Counted from the stretch's first letter, positions 46,225 to 60,961 are shown. The stretch: DNA of 64,000 nucleotides from Eledone cirrhosa (GCA_964016885.1 OZ024740.1:53196001-53260000); one strand, 5' to 3'. The notes: generated from the sequence alone by a model not told the origin. Made by a program: numbers and translations.

Positions 46225-46752
46225 AACGGAAAAAATAAAACGAAATTTCATTTCCCACTCTTAGTACGGCTGTTACTTAAATATAAGTATGTACACGTAC
46301 ATACATATATGTATACAGACGTACAGTAGTATGTATATATATATATACATACATGCACACATATATATATATATGTACGTATGGATTCACCGAACATTTA
46401 TTATAATGCTCGGTGTGTTTGTAAACAAACATCCCGTATTAAGCCGTAGTGTCCAGCAACCATCATTGCTCGTTTGTTCAACACTGACAAAGGAACGCTG
46501 TACTAGTTTCAATCTGATTAGCTATCGTCAGCAACGTATACCTTCCTGCCAGATTGTTGAACGTATATACTTACCTTATGCATATTAACAGCTGAGAAGC
46601 CAAATTTGCATATCGAGTGGGTTAATCAGCCATTATAATAAATGTTTGGTGAATCCATACGTACATATATATATGTGTGCATGTATGTATATATATATAC
46701 ATACTACTGTACGTATGTATACATATATGTATGTACATGTACATACTTATAT
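46225..46752 (-). mobile_element. Family B element; HHR at 46495-46537
   Basis: ACGUUG-CUGACGA-U-AGCU aauc AGAU-U-GAAACUAGUA/CAGCGU, with an inverted arm at about 46632-46752. Confidence 0.8.
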
Positions 46753-46753
46753 A

Positions 46754-46821
<68 letters not shown>

Positions 46822-49659
46822 CTCATACACACACACTCATACATATATATATATACCATTCATAGTGTCATAATGTATATAGGTAGTAAACCATATATAT
46901 CACCTGAATTTGTGTCGTATTCCTAGAGACTGCATTTTATTGTCTATTACATAATTAATTAAAGGTAACATTAATTGTTTTTTTGTTATTGTTGGTGTTT
47001 TGCTTTAATCTCATTAATGTTTACGTTACTCCTGCTTATGCTGGTCTTGTGTAAAATCAAACTCTGCGTGGATGCAAATAAAACCATATACAAATAATCT
47101 CTTCTCGTATAATAAAAATGTGCGATTTCTATTTCAGCAAATAGAAATACTCCTACGTCACCGACAATGGAAACGACTTTCAAGTGATAACATCGACATT
47201 TTTACCTTATATTGATTCTTTGGGTTGCTATTGGCTTGGGGTCTTGTTGGAGAAACAGCAGTGATGCTATAGAAACTCTTTAGCTGTTCGCTAGGCTGGC
47301 AAATCGTTTATTGAATTGCAAATATTATTTCCAGTGGCAATAGTTTTCTTCAAAATATGCGATTAGGTCAACTTGACTCTGAAATAAAGGTGCAGTTTTG
47401 TAGCGATTTTCCTCTAATAGGAAAATGATGTATACAAATAACGACAAGAAAAACAAACTGAAAGCAAAAAATAAAGAATAAAATATACAAATATAAACTA
47501 AAAATACGCAAGATACTCGAATAAGATAAGCTATATTGATTAAAAGTATATATACATGTTTTTACAAATTAAGTTTGGAGAAAATATGTAGGCACTAAAT
47601 TTAATCTTCAAGATTAATAGTAATTTGGATTATAATTAAAAAAGCGCAATTAATAACAATATCAAGTGAAGAAATTTATATAATTTCTCTAGGTTCAGAC
47701 AGTCTACTCCGCCAATTCTGTCATTCAAATACTAAAGTTTCCAAAAATTATAAGTTAATTTTAAAATTTCTAACTCTATTTCGTTCCTTTATAGGGTGAT
47801 AGGGGAAACGGTCGTAAACGACCTCTTAATCCACCACCAGGTGTATCTTACGCTCTTTAGAAGCCACCAGTATGGTTTCCTTGAGTCACATATTCAAGAG
47901 ACTTGCTTTCATTACAATATTACAGACGTAACTGGATCGAATAGGCACATATGTTTCACAAATGAACCATTTTGATGGCAATCCCATAGACGTTCATTGA
48001 TTTTGATTTGCCATTGACCAAGACCATTCAACAATTAACCCCCTGACGTAATGTATCACATCTCTCCCTCTTCCACCATCACTGCAATGGTTTCGGTATG
48101 TCTAAACTGGCAAACTATGCAACATATCTACCTAAATTACGTACGATACACATAACTTTCCCCCTCATCCCATGCCTGAACTATCTTCAACAACCATGCG
48201 TGAATCCTTTTAGAAACCAATTTCTTTTTATTTGATCTGTCCAGAGGAAGTTGTAATGTCCATGTTTTCATTGCCGACCTGAAATAAAAAAGATAGATGC
48301 TGTTTGTTTTGCTTAAATGTTTAGAATATTAAAATCCAAAACAAACATCGTGAATTATTCACATGTATATAAAAACTGATAGATTCGACGAAAACGATTA
48401 AGTGGTCGCTCGATTAACTAGAAATTACATTTTAGGGGTACGATAATTAATACTTCGTATTTCACATGACGTATTCTAACCAACTCCTTTAACCACCTTC
48501 GAGTCTGTAGTGTCATCCATTGCACTGACTCTAACGAGATCTATCTTCAAACACCAGCAACAACACATTGTCTTCAACAAAGGAGGCGATGCCCAGTAGA
48601 GCCTTAATACATATTTCAACTTAGTCAGATTCTACCCTTCATCTATATCCCAAGCAACCTAAAATACTGTTTCATTTGGTGTACGGCTTACATGTGTTTG
48701 TGTTGTGATGTTTATGCATATTTACACGTACGTGCCATGTGTTTGTACATCTATACATATAATCTGGTCGTATATGTTGTGTGCAGTTTGTGAATATGTT
48801 GCACATATGTTTATACAAATTATTTGTATCATAATGCACAGCTTTTAGTTAATTTAATTGATTATTGTTGCCTTTGTTCCTATATCAAGGGTACCAATCA
48901 TGACTTCCACCTCTTCAATTCCTATTTCTTCGCTCTTAGGTCATATCAATTTCTGTTCAACATGGATATATAATACTTGTACACAGTCATCTTTCATAAC
49001 AACCATGCCATTTCAGTGATTTTTTCCTTACACTCAATTGCTTCTCATTCTTTGATGATTTCTATTACCATTCGTCTGAAACTACTGTACATTTCTGCCT
49101 CCATTTTCTGGATATTATTGTCTTGATTATTCTGAGAACTCCAATTCCTTTACGCGCTGGATTCCCATTTGTTTGCGTCTCTTGCCACCTATTATTTCTT
49201 CGTTCTCTGACCATTCCTTACTGACTTCAAGTTTCTTGTAGTTCATCCTATTTTCCCACTTCCCACCGATTTTGCTTGTGTGCTAGCCTGTTTATTGTGC
49301 ATGTTCCTTTGTCTATCACCTACTTTGTCCAGCAATTACACTTATACTTATTCTCCCACCTTTTCCATTTCAACTGATTGGGTCTTATTACTTTACTTCC
49401 TCCCACGTCGTACAGCTCTCACAGTACCTACATCAATTCTCACACTGCTCACACTATCTCTCAATGACTTTTTTCTTCTCTCTCTCTTTATGAACTCTTC
49501 CATATCACTATTTTTTAGTTTGCAATTTTGTGACCTATGCAATAAGGTCTCGGTATCCTATCAATCTCTCTAATTGAAGAAGGATAAGTGTCCGAAACAT
49601 TGGGTTGTTTTCACTCCTCACTTTAAAGCAGCTCACTAATCTTCATTGAAAGATAGTTG

Positions 49660-49870
49660 TGTTTAGCGTTTAGCCCCAGATTAGTCTTGATTGAGAAACG
49701 TCATAATGAAAAGCATTCCAGCCATGACTGTCCTATCTTATTTTCAGAAATTTTATATTATCAACTGTGACCTTTTCAAAAGATGGTGTTGTGTAATTTT
49801 ATGGAACTTAACTGTCTTTTCTAGTAGGTCGAGTGACTATGTAGGGTCTCTCTCACTGCTTGGTCAAAAT
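49660..49870 (+). repeat. Dispersed repeat related to about 30270-30470 and 32240-32280
   Basis: Shared motifs aaagcattcca...atgac and ctgt..ttctag.aggt; class not determined. Confidence 0.45.
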
Positions 49871-51181
49871 TAAGTGCATTACTGGCAAAGAAACAAAATC
49901 ACAGAGGTAAGGGTAAAGGAAGGGGGAACGCTCATAACTAGTTTGAATCTATTATCACCACTAAGTATGTCTCCATAGTGATAAAGGAATCGAATTTCTA
50001 TTTATGGTGATACTAATACGGAAATAATAATTCCAGTAAATTAATCAATGCTACCAACATTTAATTTAAATGTAATTTCAAATATGTGTTGAATTAAATG
50101 TTGCCTCGAGTAATGAAGTTGATGGATCATTATAATCATGTATAGTCTGTCAATATTTGTGTTAAATTAATGTTGGCTACATTTAATGTCATAAAACACA
50201 GTGATGAAAATAAAAGCTGTAACCCCCAAAGCGATCATACCATCAATATTCGAAAGAGAAATCCTTTAAAAATGGTGACTTCATAAGAAATTGTTAGACA
50301 TAATGATAAATCGTAATGGAAATCAAGTTCCGATCTAAGTAGAGAAGTTTCTGTTAGTTACAATATTAAATTTTTTGGGGATGAGACACAAAGTATTTAT
50401 AGTTTAAGGAGATAGAGATACATACATTGTACCATTTCCGTTCCCTGCGAAAATATTGAGACATTTGGGAAGTGGCTACAATAGAGAAACAAAGCAACGT
50501 AGAGGGTTTGGTTCACCTGGAGTTTTCTGAGGTTTATGATCTACAGCGCTGTAAAGAAACGCGCATTGCCGCGGTTGTTCGACCAGTTCGAAATAGCAAT
50601 CAAATACCAATGTACCTCCTAACGAATACGTCTCCAGATGTATTGTGTAAGGGAAATGTCGTATGGTGACATTTGAACAACTTATATAATAGATTTGCTT
50701 CACCAAGGCTTACTGGTGTTTAACCATCACTGCAGTAACATTTTCTTCACCAAGGCTAGCTTGTGTTTAAATAAAATCAACAGTAACCAAGGCACAGTCA
50801 TGTTGGTCACGGAGGTAAAGAATCAAAGTATATGTTCTGAGTATTTGCGTCCTGAGTTCAAATCTCTCTCAGATTACTTTAATATAGCGATAAATATAGT
50901 ATCATTCAGCCACTCAGTTTTCTTCTTCTTCTTCTTCTTCTTCTTCTTCTTCTTCTTCTTCTTCTTCTTCTTCTCTAACACACACACATGCAATCTTTCT
51001 CTGCCTCTATCAGGCTTGGCCATAATCGGTAAGATGGTGTCTTTTATTAAGGATCGATATAATAAGCAAAGTTGTATAATAGTATCGATTAACCAATTTA
51101 TAAAGGCGTGGCCTCTTGTGATATAATGATGAATCGCAGAATATGTAGAACGCCAGTCAAGATGTTTTGCATTATCTAGTT

Positions 51182-51560
51182 TGGATTTGCAGTATTGGTA
51201 GAGCGTCGGACAAAATGCTTCGTAGCATAGAGTTACGGCCCTTGATGTCCTGAGTTCAAATCCCGGTGAGGTTAACTTTGCCTTTTATTCTTACGGAGTC
51301 GATGAAATAAGGCACCGGTAATGCACCGGGGTCAATTTAATTGACTTTCCCTCCCCTAAAAATTGTTGGCCTTGTGCCTAAATCAGGAACCATTATCTAT
51401 TTTGACTTGGGTAATGGATTGGTAGAAACATTAGAACATTGGATATAATGCTTTACAGAATCCATTTCAGTACACCACGTTCTGAGTTCAAATCCCCTGC
51501 CAAGGTCAACTTTATCGTTCTTCCTTCCGGATTCGATAAATATAGAACCATATAGTGAGA
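51182..51560 (+). mobile_element. Two tandem tRNA-derived SINE copies (family 1)
   Basis: B-box ctgagttcaaatccc at about 51250 and 51482, each followed by a gt.aacttt..c.tt body. Confidence 0.85.
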
Positions 51561-51899
51561 GAGTCAAATGTGAGGATTCGCGGTATTTGTTCCAGCCCTG
51601 TGCATTCTGATGTGAAAGACGGTTTACTATCACTGATAAGACTGGGGTCTGAGGTGCCTATAATTAAAACACTTATCAGATGAAACCTCATAGAAAGCCG
51701 GCGAAATCTGCGCTGAGAAATGAAACAAACCCCACAATACATTTAATCTGATTCTCTTTCAATTTTAGGAGGACAATATTTTTAGGAGGTCAATAAGTAG
51801 TATAGGTGATTAATCGTCCTCAATATGAATACAATTATATTTTCATATAGCGTGTGAATTGTAGAGAAAGATATAAGGGTCTGTCAAACTGAACTTCGC

Positions 51900-52900
51900 T
51901 TAAAAAATTGATTCCTGCAAAGAGTAATTTTAAGGAATATTGGTCAGGTATAGTGCTTGACGAAATCACGATAGCCGAAGGTCAGCTGCAGACATGGCAG
52001 ACAGGAGAAGCACCGCACGCACAGCGAAGATATAAAAAGGTGGGCCGAATATTGCTCAGAACTTACATTACCGGTATCCTGGAGTACATGTCGTACTTGA
52101 CTATCCAGAAACAACAGCAAAGGTGATTTTCATATCCTGAAGAATGAGATGGAAGCAAGCTATCATAGAACAAAAAAGAGAAAAGTTAAGAAATATTCAT
52201 GCTAGGAGAGCTAATCCAACACGAAGAAGTAGTTCTAGACCACCACATTTTGGCTGACTAAACACAGTTAACTTTTCTCAAGAAAGGCAATCTTTTTACA
52301 GTAATCAAGCTATCCTACTACAGGCCTCATTATTCATGGCAACAAAGCTATGCTTAAATTTATTCTGACCCGATTTTCCACAAGTGGAAGAAATAAGCGC
52401 GGCAAAACAAGGTGAATTTCGCAAGGGAAGAAACACGATAAAACAGAAATTCTATCTACAGGTTCTGTGCAAGAAATACAATCAACACCACCAATTGATA
52501 TACCATATCTCCATGGATTAAAAAACAAACAAACAAAACATTTGACATAAGGCACTATGGAATATAATGAAGAAATGCAAACTAAACAAGAAGATCATTG
52601 AAATCATCAGCCAGCTGAACAAGAAAATACATAGCACAGTCCTCGCTCAGGGAGAGATTTCATACAGTGGACGGAGTTCGCCAAAGATTCCAACTGCCAG
52701 TGACACATTGATTATGACCATCCTCTCAACCTCAAGGGATCCCTTCCCTCAAAAGGATGCACTCCTTCCGATTTTGCAAATGAAAACGGTAGATCGGGGA
52801 CCGAGGAAAAAGAGGCATCGGCATATCAGACACGAAAACGAAGGCAAAATGACAAGATTGGGGATGTGGAATATGCCGTAGTACCTGGGCTTGCAGATAG
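51900..52900 (+). mobile_element. Decayed LINE RT fragment (RTE-like)
   Basis: WNIMKKCKLNKKIIEIISQL..TVLAQGEIS followed by a frameshifted GVRQ motif at about 52672. Confidence 0.45.
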
Positions 52901-52948
52901 GACATTCACCCTGCTCAAATACGAAGTGTGTTAAACTGTCTGGGCGCT

Positions 52949-53024
<76 letters not shown>

Positions 53025-53589
53025 CTCCCCCCCCCCCCCACACACACGCATATATATATAAAACAGAGGATGTCTGTCTATGTCAATCCCTAAAATTCGA
53101 GAAGTACCCGACCGATATTTTTAAAACTTTACACATGCGTTACTTATATTTCTTGAAGTGGGTTAAACATCTTTAAACTTTTTCTGCATTTTAAAGGGAC
53201 TTTTAGGCTTTTTTGAGACGTAACTTAAAGATAATCCAGCCAATTTCCTCGAAATTTTCTGCACACATTAGTTAGTCCCCTCGATTCCATTAATGGTTTT
53301 TAGGAAATTTACGAATTAGCATTGGGCATTACATGCCATTTTCATTGCGGTGTAGGTACAACAAAAGGGGTCTTAGTAGAAGTAGCACAGACGTGAGTTT
53401 TACAGAAAAAAGATAAAGAGAAAATCATATGGTGTGTGTGTTTCTTTGTATTAGCAATACTGGCAACATGACCATACCCAAATACAACAATATTGGTTTT
53501 AACACACGATTTTACTTACAAAAACTTACAGAACAAATACATAAATCTATATATATATACATACACACACACATATATATAGATTAATA

Positions 53590-53670
<81 letters not shown>

Positions 53671-53673
<3 letters not shown>

Positions 53674-53873
53674 AAAAAGTATGACCCCGACGGCAGAGCT
53701 CAAGCCGTTTCGAGGACTATTTCTGGACTGAAATAGCCGTCGAAACGGCTTGAGCTCTGCCGTCGGGGTCATACTTTTTCCTATTTCCCACTCTACTACC
53801 CTAAGTATTGAGTACTCTGGTGCGTTATGGTCCATTTGGTTCCTTACCACAATTCCTTTGTTATTTAGCTCCT
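53671..53873 (+). mobile_element. Family A palindromic element
   Basis: Palindrome 53671-53782, GAAAC-GGC ttgagctct GCC-GTC at 53742-53764, family tail, TA-flanked. Confidence 0.9.
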
Positions 53874-53882
53874 ATATATATG

Positions 53883-53915
<33 letters not shown>

Positions 53916-53931
53916 GTATATATATATACAT

Positions 53932-53971
<40 letters not shown>

Positions 53972-54022
53972 GTGTGTGTGTATGTATGTATATATATATA
54001 TATACATACATACATCTACATA

Positions 54023-54054
<32 letters not shown>

Positions 54055-54363
54055 CATATATATATTCATATACGAAAGTATATAAACACACATACAAGTG
54101 CTCACACATACACATACACGCACACACCCACACATACACATACACGCACACACCCACACATACACACATACACAACTACAAATATATATATATGTATATA
54201 TATAATTTTATTTCTCGCCCGCGTGCAGCTGATATAACTCATATGTACATATGTATGTATATATATATATATATATGTGCATACTTACATATATATATAT
54301 ATATATCTATATATAATATATATATATGTAAGTATACACACATACATATACATATGTAAGTAT

Positions 54364-54408
<45 letters not shown>

Positions 54409-55109
54409 AAACATGTGATTGACTTAAAGGGAATTGCACGAATTACAGACTTTAAAACTTTATGAAAGTAAAAGCTGTGAGTAAGTCATTGGAAAGATGA
54501 GTATTATTAACAAGAAATGTATCTAAGTGACAAGAAAAAAAAAAAAGAGAATCTTAATCTAAAATAGAAGCTGCTGCTACTGCTGAAGATATGTAATTTA
54601 TGTTGAAGTAGTTTTAGGGATTTATCGAATTATGTTTTTAAAATCATTAAAATATTTTAGGATTTTTCAATAAAAATATCTTTCTCAGTGTGATGACTGC
54701 GAGGCTAAAATAAAAATTTTTGAAATATGAAAAATATATAAATAAAATTAAGATTAGGTATGTGGGAGAGTTGTGGGGTAAGGTATTATTTTCTCAATTA
54801 AAAGGGAAAGAAAACAAAAATAACAAAACGCGCATACACAAACACAAGCAAATAAACAATACATAAAGAAATACTAAAACTAATACTAAAACAAAACAAG
54901 TATTAACTGACGAGACTGAAGATGATGAAAACGCAATAACGAATAAAATGAAGAGATTTGGGCAAAAAATAACAACTCAGAAGGAAATTTCATTCTAAAG
55001 GAAGAAATATTAACCAAAATTGCTCAAAATCCATGTAATTTTTGCTTGGTTGAGTTCTTTTGGAGTTGCTTCCTTATTTTTTCTTTTGTTTCTTTTTCTA
55101 CAAGAAAGA

Positions 55110-55420
55110 GAAAGGTAGAGATAGAGAGCAAAACAGAGAAAGAAGGAGAGAGAGAAAGAGAACACGGAAGAGCAGAAGAAAAGAAGAAAATCAGAGAGAG
55201 AGAGTGAGAGAGAGAGAGAGAGCGATTGAGAGATAGAGATAGAGATAGAGAGAGATAGTTAGAGAGAGATATAGATAGATAGATAGATAGAAAGAGATAA
55301 AGAGAGGGAGAGATAGGTAGATATAGAGGGAGAGCGAGAGAGAAAGAGAGATAGTTAGTAAGAGATAGAGAGAGAGAGTGAGGGAGAGATAGGTAGAGAG
55401 AGAGAGGGAGAGAGAGTGTT
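55110..55420. repeat. (GA)n/(GATA)n purine tract
   Basis: Directly visible. Confidence 0.95.
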
Positions 55421-55714
55421 GGTGATAAGGCGAAATATTTACAACCGCTGTATGACGACAGGTATGAAGTGGCTAAACAAAGATTCGAGGAAATTATGAC
55501 AAATTATGACGATGGCTATGTCATTGATATTGCTGTTGTAGTTGTTATTTTTGAAGTAAAAGATGACTGGGTTTTGGAACTTGGTGATGACGATAATGAT
55601 GATGATGAGGATAATGATGATAATGATGATGATAATGATGCATTTAACATCAACAATGAAGATGATTCAATGAAGCGAAGTGCAATGAAAGTAGGGATAC
55701 TATAATTAATAAGC

Positions 55715-55772
<58 letters not shown>

Positions 55773-55778
<6 letters not shown>

Positions 55779-56032
55779 TGTAATAAACAACATAAGATAA
55801 TTATTTCATTTACCAGTGGTTTCTTGAAAGCAAACAAATCTGCTTTCAGTCATCAGAATGAAATATTCCTGGTCTTTTTCATAGTGATGACTGAAAGCAG
55901 ATTTGCTTACTTTCAAGAAGCCACTGGTAAATGAAATAATTATCTTATGTTGTTTATTACATAACTATTAAGCTCTGTAACCTACACAGAGCACTCTTTT
56001 TTCCAGGACTTTTCCGACGGAATTACTTCATT
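55773..56032 (+). mobile_element. Family D element: inverted HHR pair plus tail
   Basis: Arms 55773-55855 and 55885-55967. Tail shared with 62548-62615 and about 63098-63165. Confidence 0.85.
55802..55865 (-). ncRNA. Type I hammerhead ribozyme (family D)
   Basis: UAUUUCAUU-CUGAUGA-C-UGAAAGCAGA uuug UUUGCUUUCA-A-GAAA-CC acu GG-UA/AAUGAAAUA: 9-bp stem I, 10-bp stem II, GUA site. Confidence 0.85.
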
Positions 56033-56054
56033 TATATATATATATATGTGTACA

Positions 56055-56088
<34 letters not shown>

Positions 56089-56132
56089 CAAAATATTAAT
56101 AAATGGAGACATTCACATAATCAAAATATATG

Positions 56133-56194
56133 TTTTATTATATATATTTCGGAGGTACTGCGCTGTTTTTTCAGTACATCCTCATCAGATAAAA
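56133..56194 (-). ncRNA. Type I hammerhead ribozyme related to the PLE HHR at 42353; lies in inverted-repeat island 56086-56425
   Basis: UUUUAU-CUGAUGA-GGAUGUACUG..CAGUACCUCC-GAAA-UAUAUA-UA/AUAAAA. The upstream flank ggtatgtcat is shared with 42338-42347. Confidence 0.88.
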
Positions 56195-56423
56195 TATATG
56201 AATTGATGTATGACATACCTCAACTGTGCTGATGGTTCAATTTCAGTCTTGGCAGTAATTCCGGAATACATATAATAAAACATATATTTTGATTATGTGA
56301 ATGTATCCATTTATTAATATTTTGAATAATATTAATAACTGCAGAAAACTTCAATGTTGAGTGCTTTTAATCTATTGTAAAACTATATTCGTTGAGTAAT
56401 CAATGAACCTCATTAACATTTTG

Positions 56424-56491
<68 letters not shown>

Positions 56492-57595
56492 ATACTTTGG
56501 GAGGGTCATGTTGCCAATAAGAAACAGACGCACCAGTAGCTTTCACTTCAATTTATTATAATAAATTTATAAATTTAGGAATTTATAAATTACTGGTTGA
56601 TTGGTTGGTTCCACAACCAGATGATTGTTTATATATTGTCAAAGTTCTTTCGTCACGCCTTCTGTGACCTCTTCAGTGACTGGGGATTCTTTTCTTTGTT
56701 TGTGTGCCTCTCCTTTGTTCTGTCCTACGCCATCTTGTTTGTGTGTGTGTTGTGTGCTTAGTTTGCGCATGTGTTACATCCGGGTGTCTGTGTGTGTTTA
56801 TATTTGTTTATTTATTTGTTTATTTACATGTTACTGGTTGGTTGTTTGTTATATATATATATATATACATATATACATCATATATATATATATACATCAT
56901 ATATATATATATGCATATATATATATATACATATATATCATATATACATGAATTATGTACATTCATTATATTTTTGTTTGTTTCCATTCCTCCCGTTATA
57001 TTCCATGTGTGTGTGTGCGCGCGCGCGTGTAAATGGAATTCAGTCGGTTTCGACGATGAATGTCTCAACGCTCCGGTCCGCATTTACTTCTCGTGTGAGT
57101 AAGTGAGTATTCCATTGACCATTATATCCTTAACGAAATTCTCATAAAACGTGTTGTTTTAAAAGCTGGTCTTTTAAATTAAAGATACAATCCGCCTGAC
57201 TTGTTGCAAGCAGCTTACGTCTATGAATCTTCAGTTACAAGGCTTCGATAGTCGCAATGAACGTGAAGCTGAATTGTTAATCACATGCCGTGCCCATATA
57301 TACATATATAATGGAGGGAAACTCACATGAAGTTCTTCAATACGTATTGTATTATGACAGTATATATATATATATATACTGTAGTAACAGTTTGTTAGAA
57401 ATATCCAAAGGTACGCGCACTCAGTCAATAGGAGCAGTTAAGTATAATTAGTTACAACAGTGACATATACAGGTACCTAAATTTCGTTGGGTTGTGCTCT
57501 TAATAAAAATACTTTTATAACAGGCTGAATGAGTTAGAGTACACTATCTAACAAAACTGTATATGTTACTGTTGTAACTAATTATATATATATAT

Positions 57596-58282
57596 ATAAA
57601 TATTTCGTATCTCCAAAGAAATACGGTTTTAGGAAGCCATAGCTATGCCAACACCGGGGGGGGGGGCTAACGCCCTCATGTGATGTCCAGCAGAAGCAAG
57701 GGGGACAACCGTCTATGTATTTCATTTCAGGTTTAACTGGCCAGCGTCAGGACAGTCCCTCCCACCGCTTGCGACTGCTGGACTAGAAGACAGGCGAGAA
57801 TATATAGTTTTCTCGTCTGTATAAATGAGGTGATTAATCTCATTTGCATATGAAGCTGCATAAGTTGGCTCAACTTATAATAAAAAAAGAAAAACCCCAT
57901 TTCTTTGGAGATACGAAATATTTATACAAATTGTATAAAGCTATGCTTGAAGCGAAATCCTATTTCTGTTTTTATTATAAGTTGAGCCAACTTATGCAGC
58001 AAATGAGAATAATCACCTCCTTTACACAGACGAGAAATTTATATATTCTCGCCCGTTTTCTAGTCCAGCAGTCGCAAGCGGTGGAAGGGACTGTCCTGAC
58101 GATGGCCAGTTAAACCTGAAATGCATAGACGGTTGTCCCTCTTGCTTCTGCTGGACATCACGAGAGGGCGTTACCCCCTGGTGTTTGCATAGCTACGGCT
58201 TCCTAAAACCGTATTTCTTTGGAGATACGAAATATTTATACAAATTGTATAAAGCTATGCTTGAAGCGAAATCCTATTTCTT
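57596..58282 (+). mobile_element. Family F ORF-less HHR element: inverted arm plus about 1.25 units of a 314-nt monomer
   Basis: 57899-57968 is repeated at 58213-58282 (offset 314). 57596-57890 is an inverted copy of about 57963-58237. TA-flanked. Confidence 0.85.
58086..58140 (+). ncRNA. Type I hammerhead ribozyme (family F)
   Basis: AGGGACUGUC-CUGACGA-U-GG ccaguuaaa CC-U-GAAA-UGCA-UA/GACGGUUGUCCCU: palindromic AUGCAU stem III, weak stem II. Confidence 0.68.
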
Positions 58283-58585
58283 TATATATATATATAAGCA
58301 TTTCTAACATAAATTTTACCTAATTATGTATGGTTGGCCGTATATTTAATTAGTTTCCACGTGCTGTTGAAATGTTGGGTAAATATTCTATAGCGGTTAT
58401 ACGCGAAGACGCCGCATTGGCGTATTCATTTACTGTTTCTTCATAGATGCCTTTTATTCTTATAGCCTGGTCTAATTGATTTTTTGTGTGGTTAATTATG
58501 CTGATTGGGAGTAGAGGTGATGTATATATATTATCAAATAATTCTCTGGACATGCTTTACTCTATAGTATATATATATATATACA

Positions 58586-58645
<60 letters not shown>

Positions 58646-59038
58646 ATAATAATAAATTTGAAGACTAAAATCCAAAGAGGGCTCGATAAGGATAAATATA
58701 TATCAGATATATAAGAACCGTAGAGCAAATATTTATTAAAATAGCAGATTAAAGTTTAGGTAAGTATGTTTTGAAACGGCAAGCGAGTTTGAAATTAGAA
58801 ATAGAAGCTTTCGCCGTATTTTTGACTAAAGAAATTTTAGCCTGATACTGGGGTCTAGAGCCCTCTAAGAAATGGAAAAGGATAAGTATTGACATCAATA
58901 CTCACACTTTTCCATATACTGTATATATATATATATATATATATATTTATTAAAATAACAGATTAAAGTTTAACCAAAGAATCGCTGCTTTCACCCTTAA
59001 CGGAATCTTCGGATTTTAGTCTTCACATTTATTATTAT

Positions 59039-59103
<65 letters not shown>

Positions 59104-59233
59104 TATATATAAATATATATATACATACATATAGGGGGTTTGGGATGTATTCTGATGATGGTGTACATGTGTGTGCATCGCCCCTTCCTTTATTTTTATT
59201 TCTATCTTCATGTTACTCTCTCTTACTGCCCCG

Positions 59234-59296
<63 letters not shown>

Positions 59297-59828
59297 GTAT
59301 ACACCGTCTCTCTTTTTGCGTTTTGTGTATACTACTACGTATATATATATATATATGTGTGACCGATGTGTTATAAAGTTCCCTTTAATTTTACTAGGCC
59401 CCCGATTCGAACACAGTGAATGTCTTTTATTACTGGTTTAGCTCCACATAAGATAATAACATAAATTCGGTCTACGGAAACTATTTCGGAAGCCTCTCGC
59501 ATTGATTCTATATGTAATTCAAAGAGACTAATTTGTTACTTAATCTTTCATGTTTATTCTGATTAAGGATTTGATTAAGGGTTCATGTGTTTGAAGGAAA
59601 TTTACTCTGTTATACAATATTTAAATGAGTTAGTAATGGGACAACTCAAATGCTCATACACGAAATCGACGATGATTCATTTACTTTTTTTTGTGTATGT
59701 GAATGTGTTGATATGTATATGTTTGTGTGCGTGTTGATATGTGTGTGTTTATGTGCCTGTGTTAGTGAGCATGCATTGTTTTCGAATACATTCTTGTATT
59801 TTCATATTTGTGTCATATTGCTATGTAG

Positions 59829-59950
<122 letters not shown>

Positions 59951-60800
59951 TAGATTGGGTAGTTGAGTGTGTTTGTATATGTGAGAAAGAGAGATTATTT
60001 GGATAATAATGTTTGGGTGTATGTGAGAGAAAGATTGTTTGGGTAGTAGTGTGTGTATATATGTATGTGTGTGCGTATGTGCGTATGTTTGTGTGTTTAT
60101 GTGTCTATGTGCACATGTGGGCATATGTGTGTGTGTGGGCATGTGAATTTGTGCAGAATCGAAATGATGAAATGGTTAAGTGCAGTAATATCGAAAGAAG
60201 GCATATCAACATATCTCTGCGTATGACAGTTAAATTTGTATACCTCCGGACACCTAAATGCCATAAATATCTTACAAATGTCCTGTCAATCCTACTGATT
60301 ATAGTGCCATTTTTCACCCAGCAGCTCAATATAATTCTCTAACATGCATGACGCTGAATCTCTCTATACATGGAGCCAATGCAAAGGCTTTGTGAGACAG
60401 GTAAACTTGTGAATATATTCATATTTTTCTGTACGTGTGTATGTATGTGTGTATGTCTATGTCTATGTATATATGTATGTATGTATATATGTATGGATGT
60501 ATGCATGTGTATATATATGTATGTTCGGATGTATGCATATATGCAAGTATATGTTTATGTATCTCTATGTGTATGTAAATATATATGTATCTATCTATCT
60601 TTTTATTTGTCTATCTCTCTTTAATATTTTCTTTTAGGGGACGGGTTAAATATTTCGACCAAGTAGGCCACTTCATGATAAAATTATTCGTCCTGTTATG
60701 CTGATTCAATTCTGGATTTGCATTGAGCTTGAAATAGGCATAGCTATTTATCTTCGTACCACCCCCAATTATCTCTCTCTCTCTGTCTCTCTCTCTCTTA

Positions 60801-60961
<161 letters not shown>

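Noticed and set aside
49570-49610. TTGAAGA-AGGAT aagt GTCC-GAAAC hammerhead-like motif
   Set aside because: C3U without compensation and no stem I; at best a decayed relic.
55469-55705. Acidic Asp-rich ORF
   Set aside because: Explained by a degenerate (GAT)n trinucleotide repeat.
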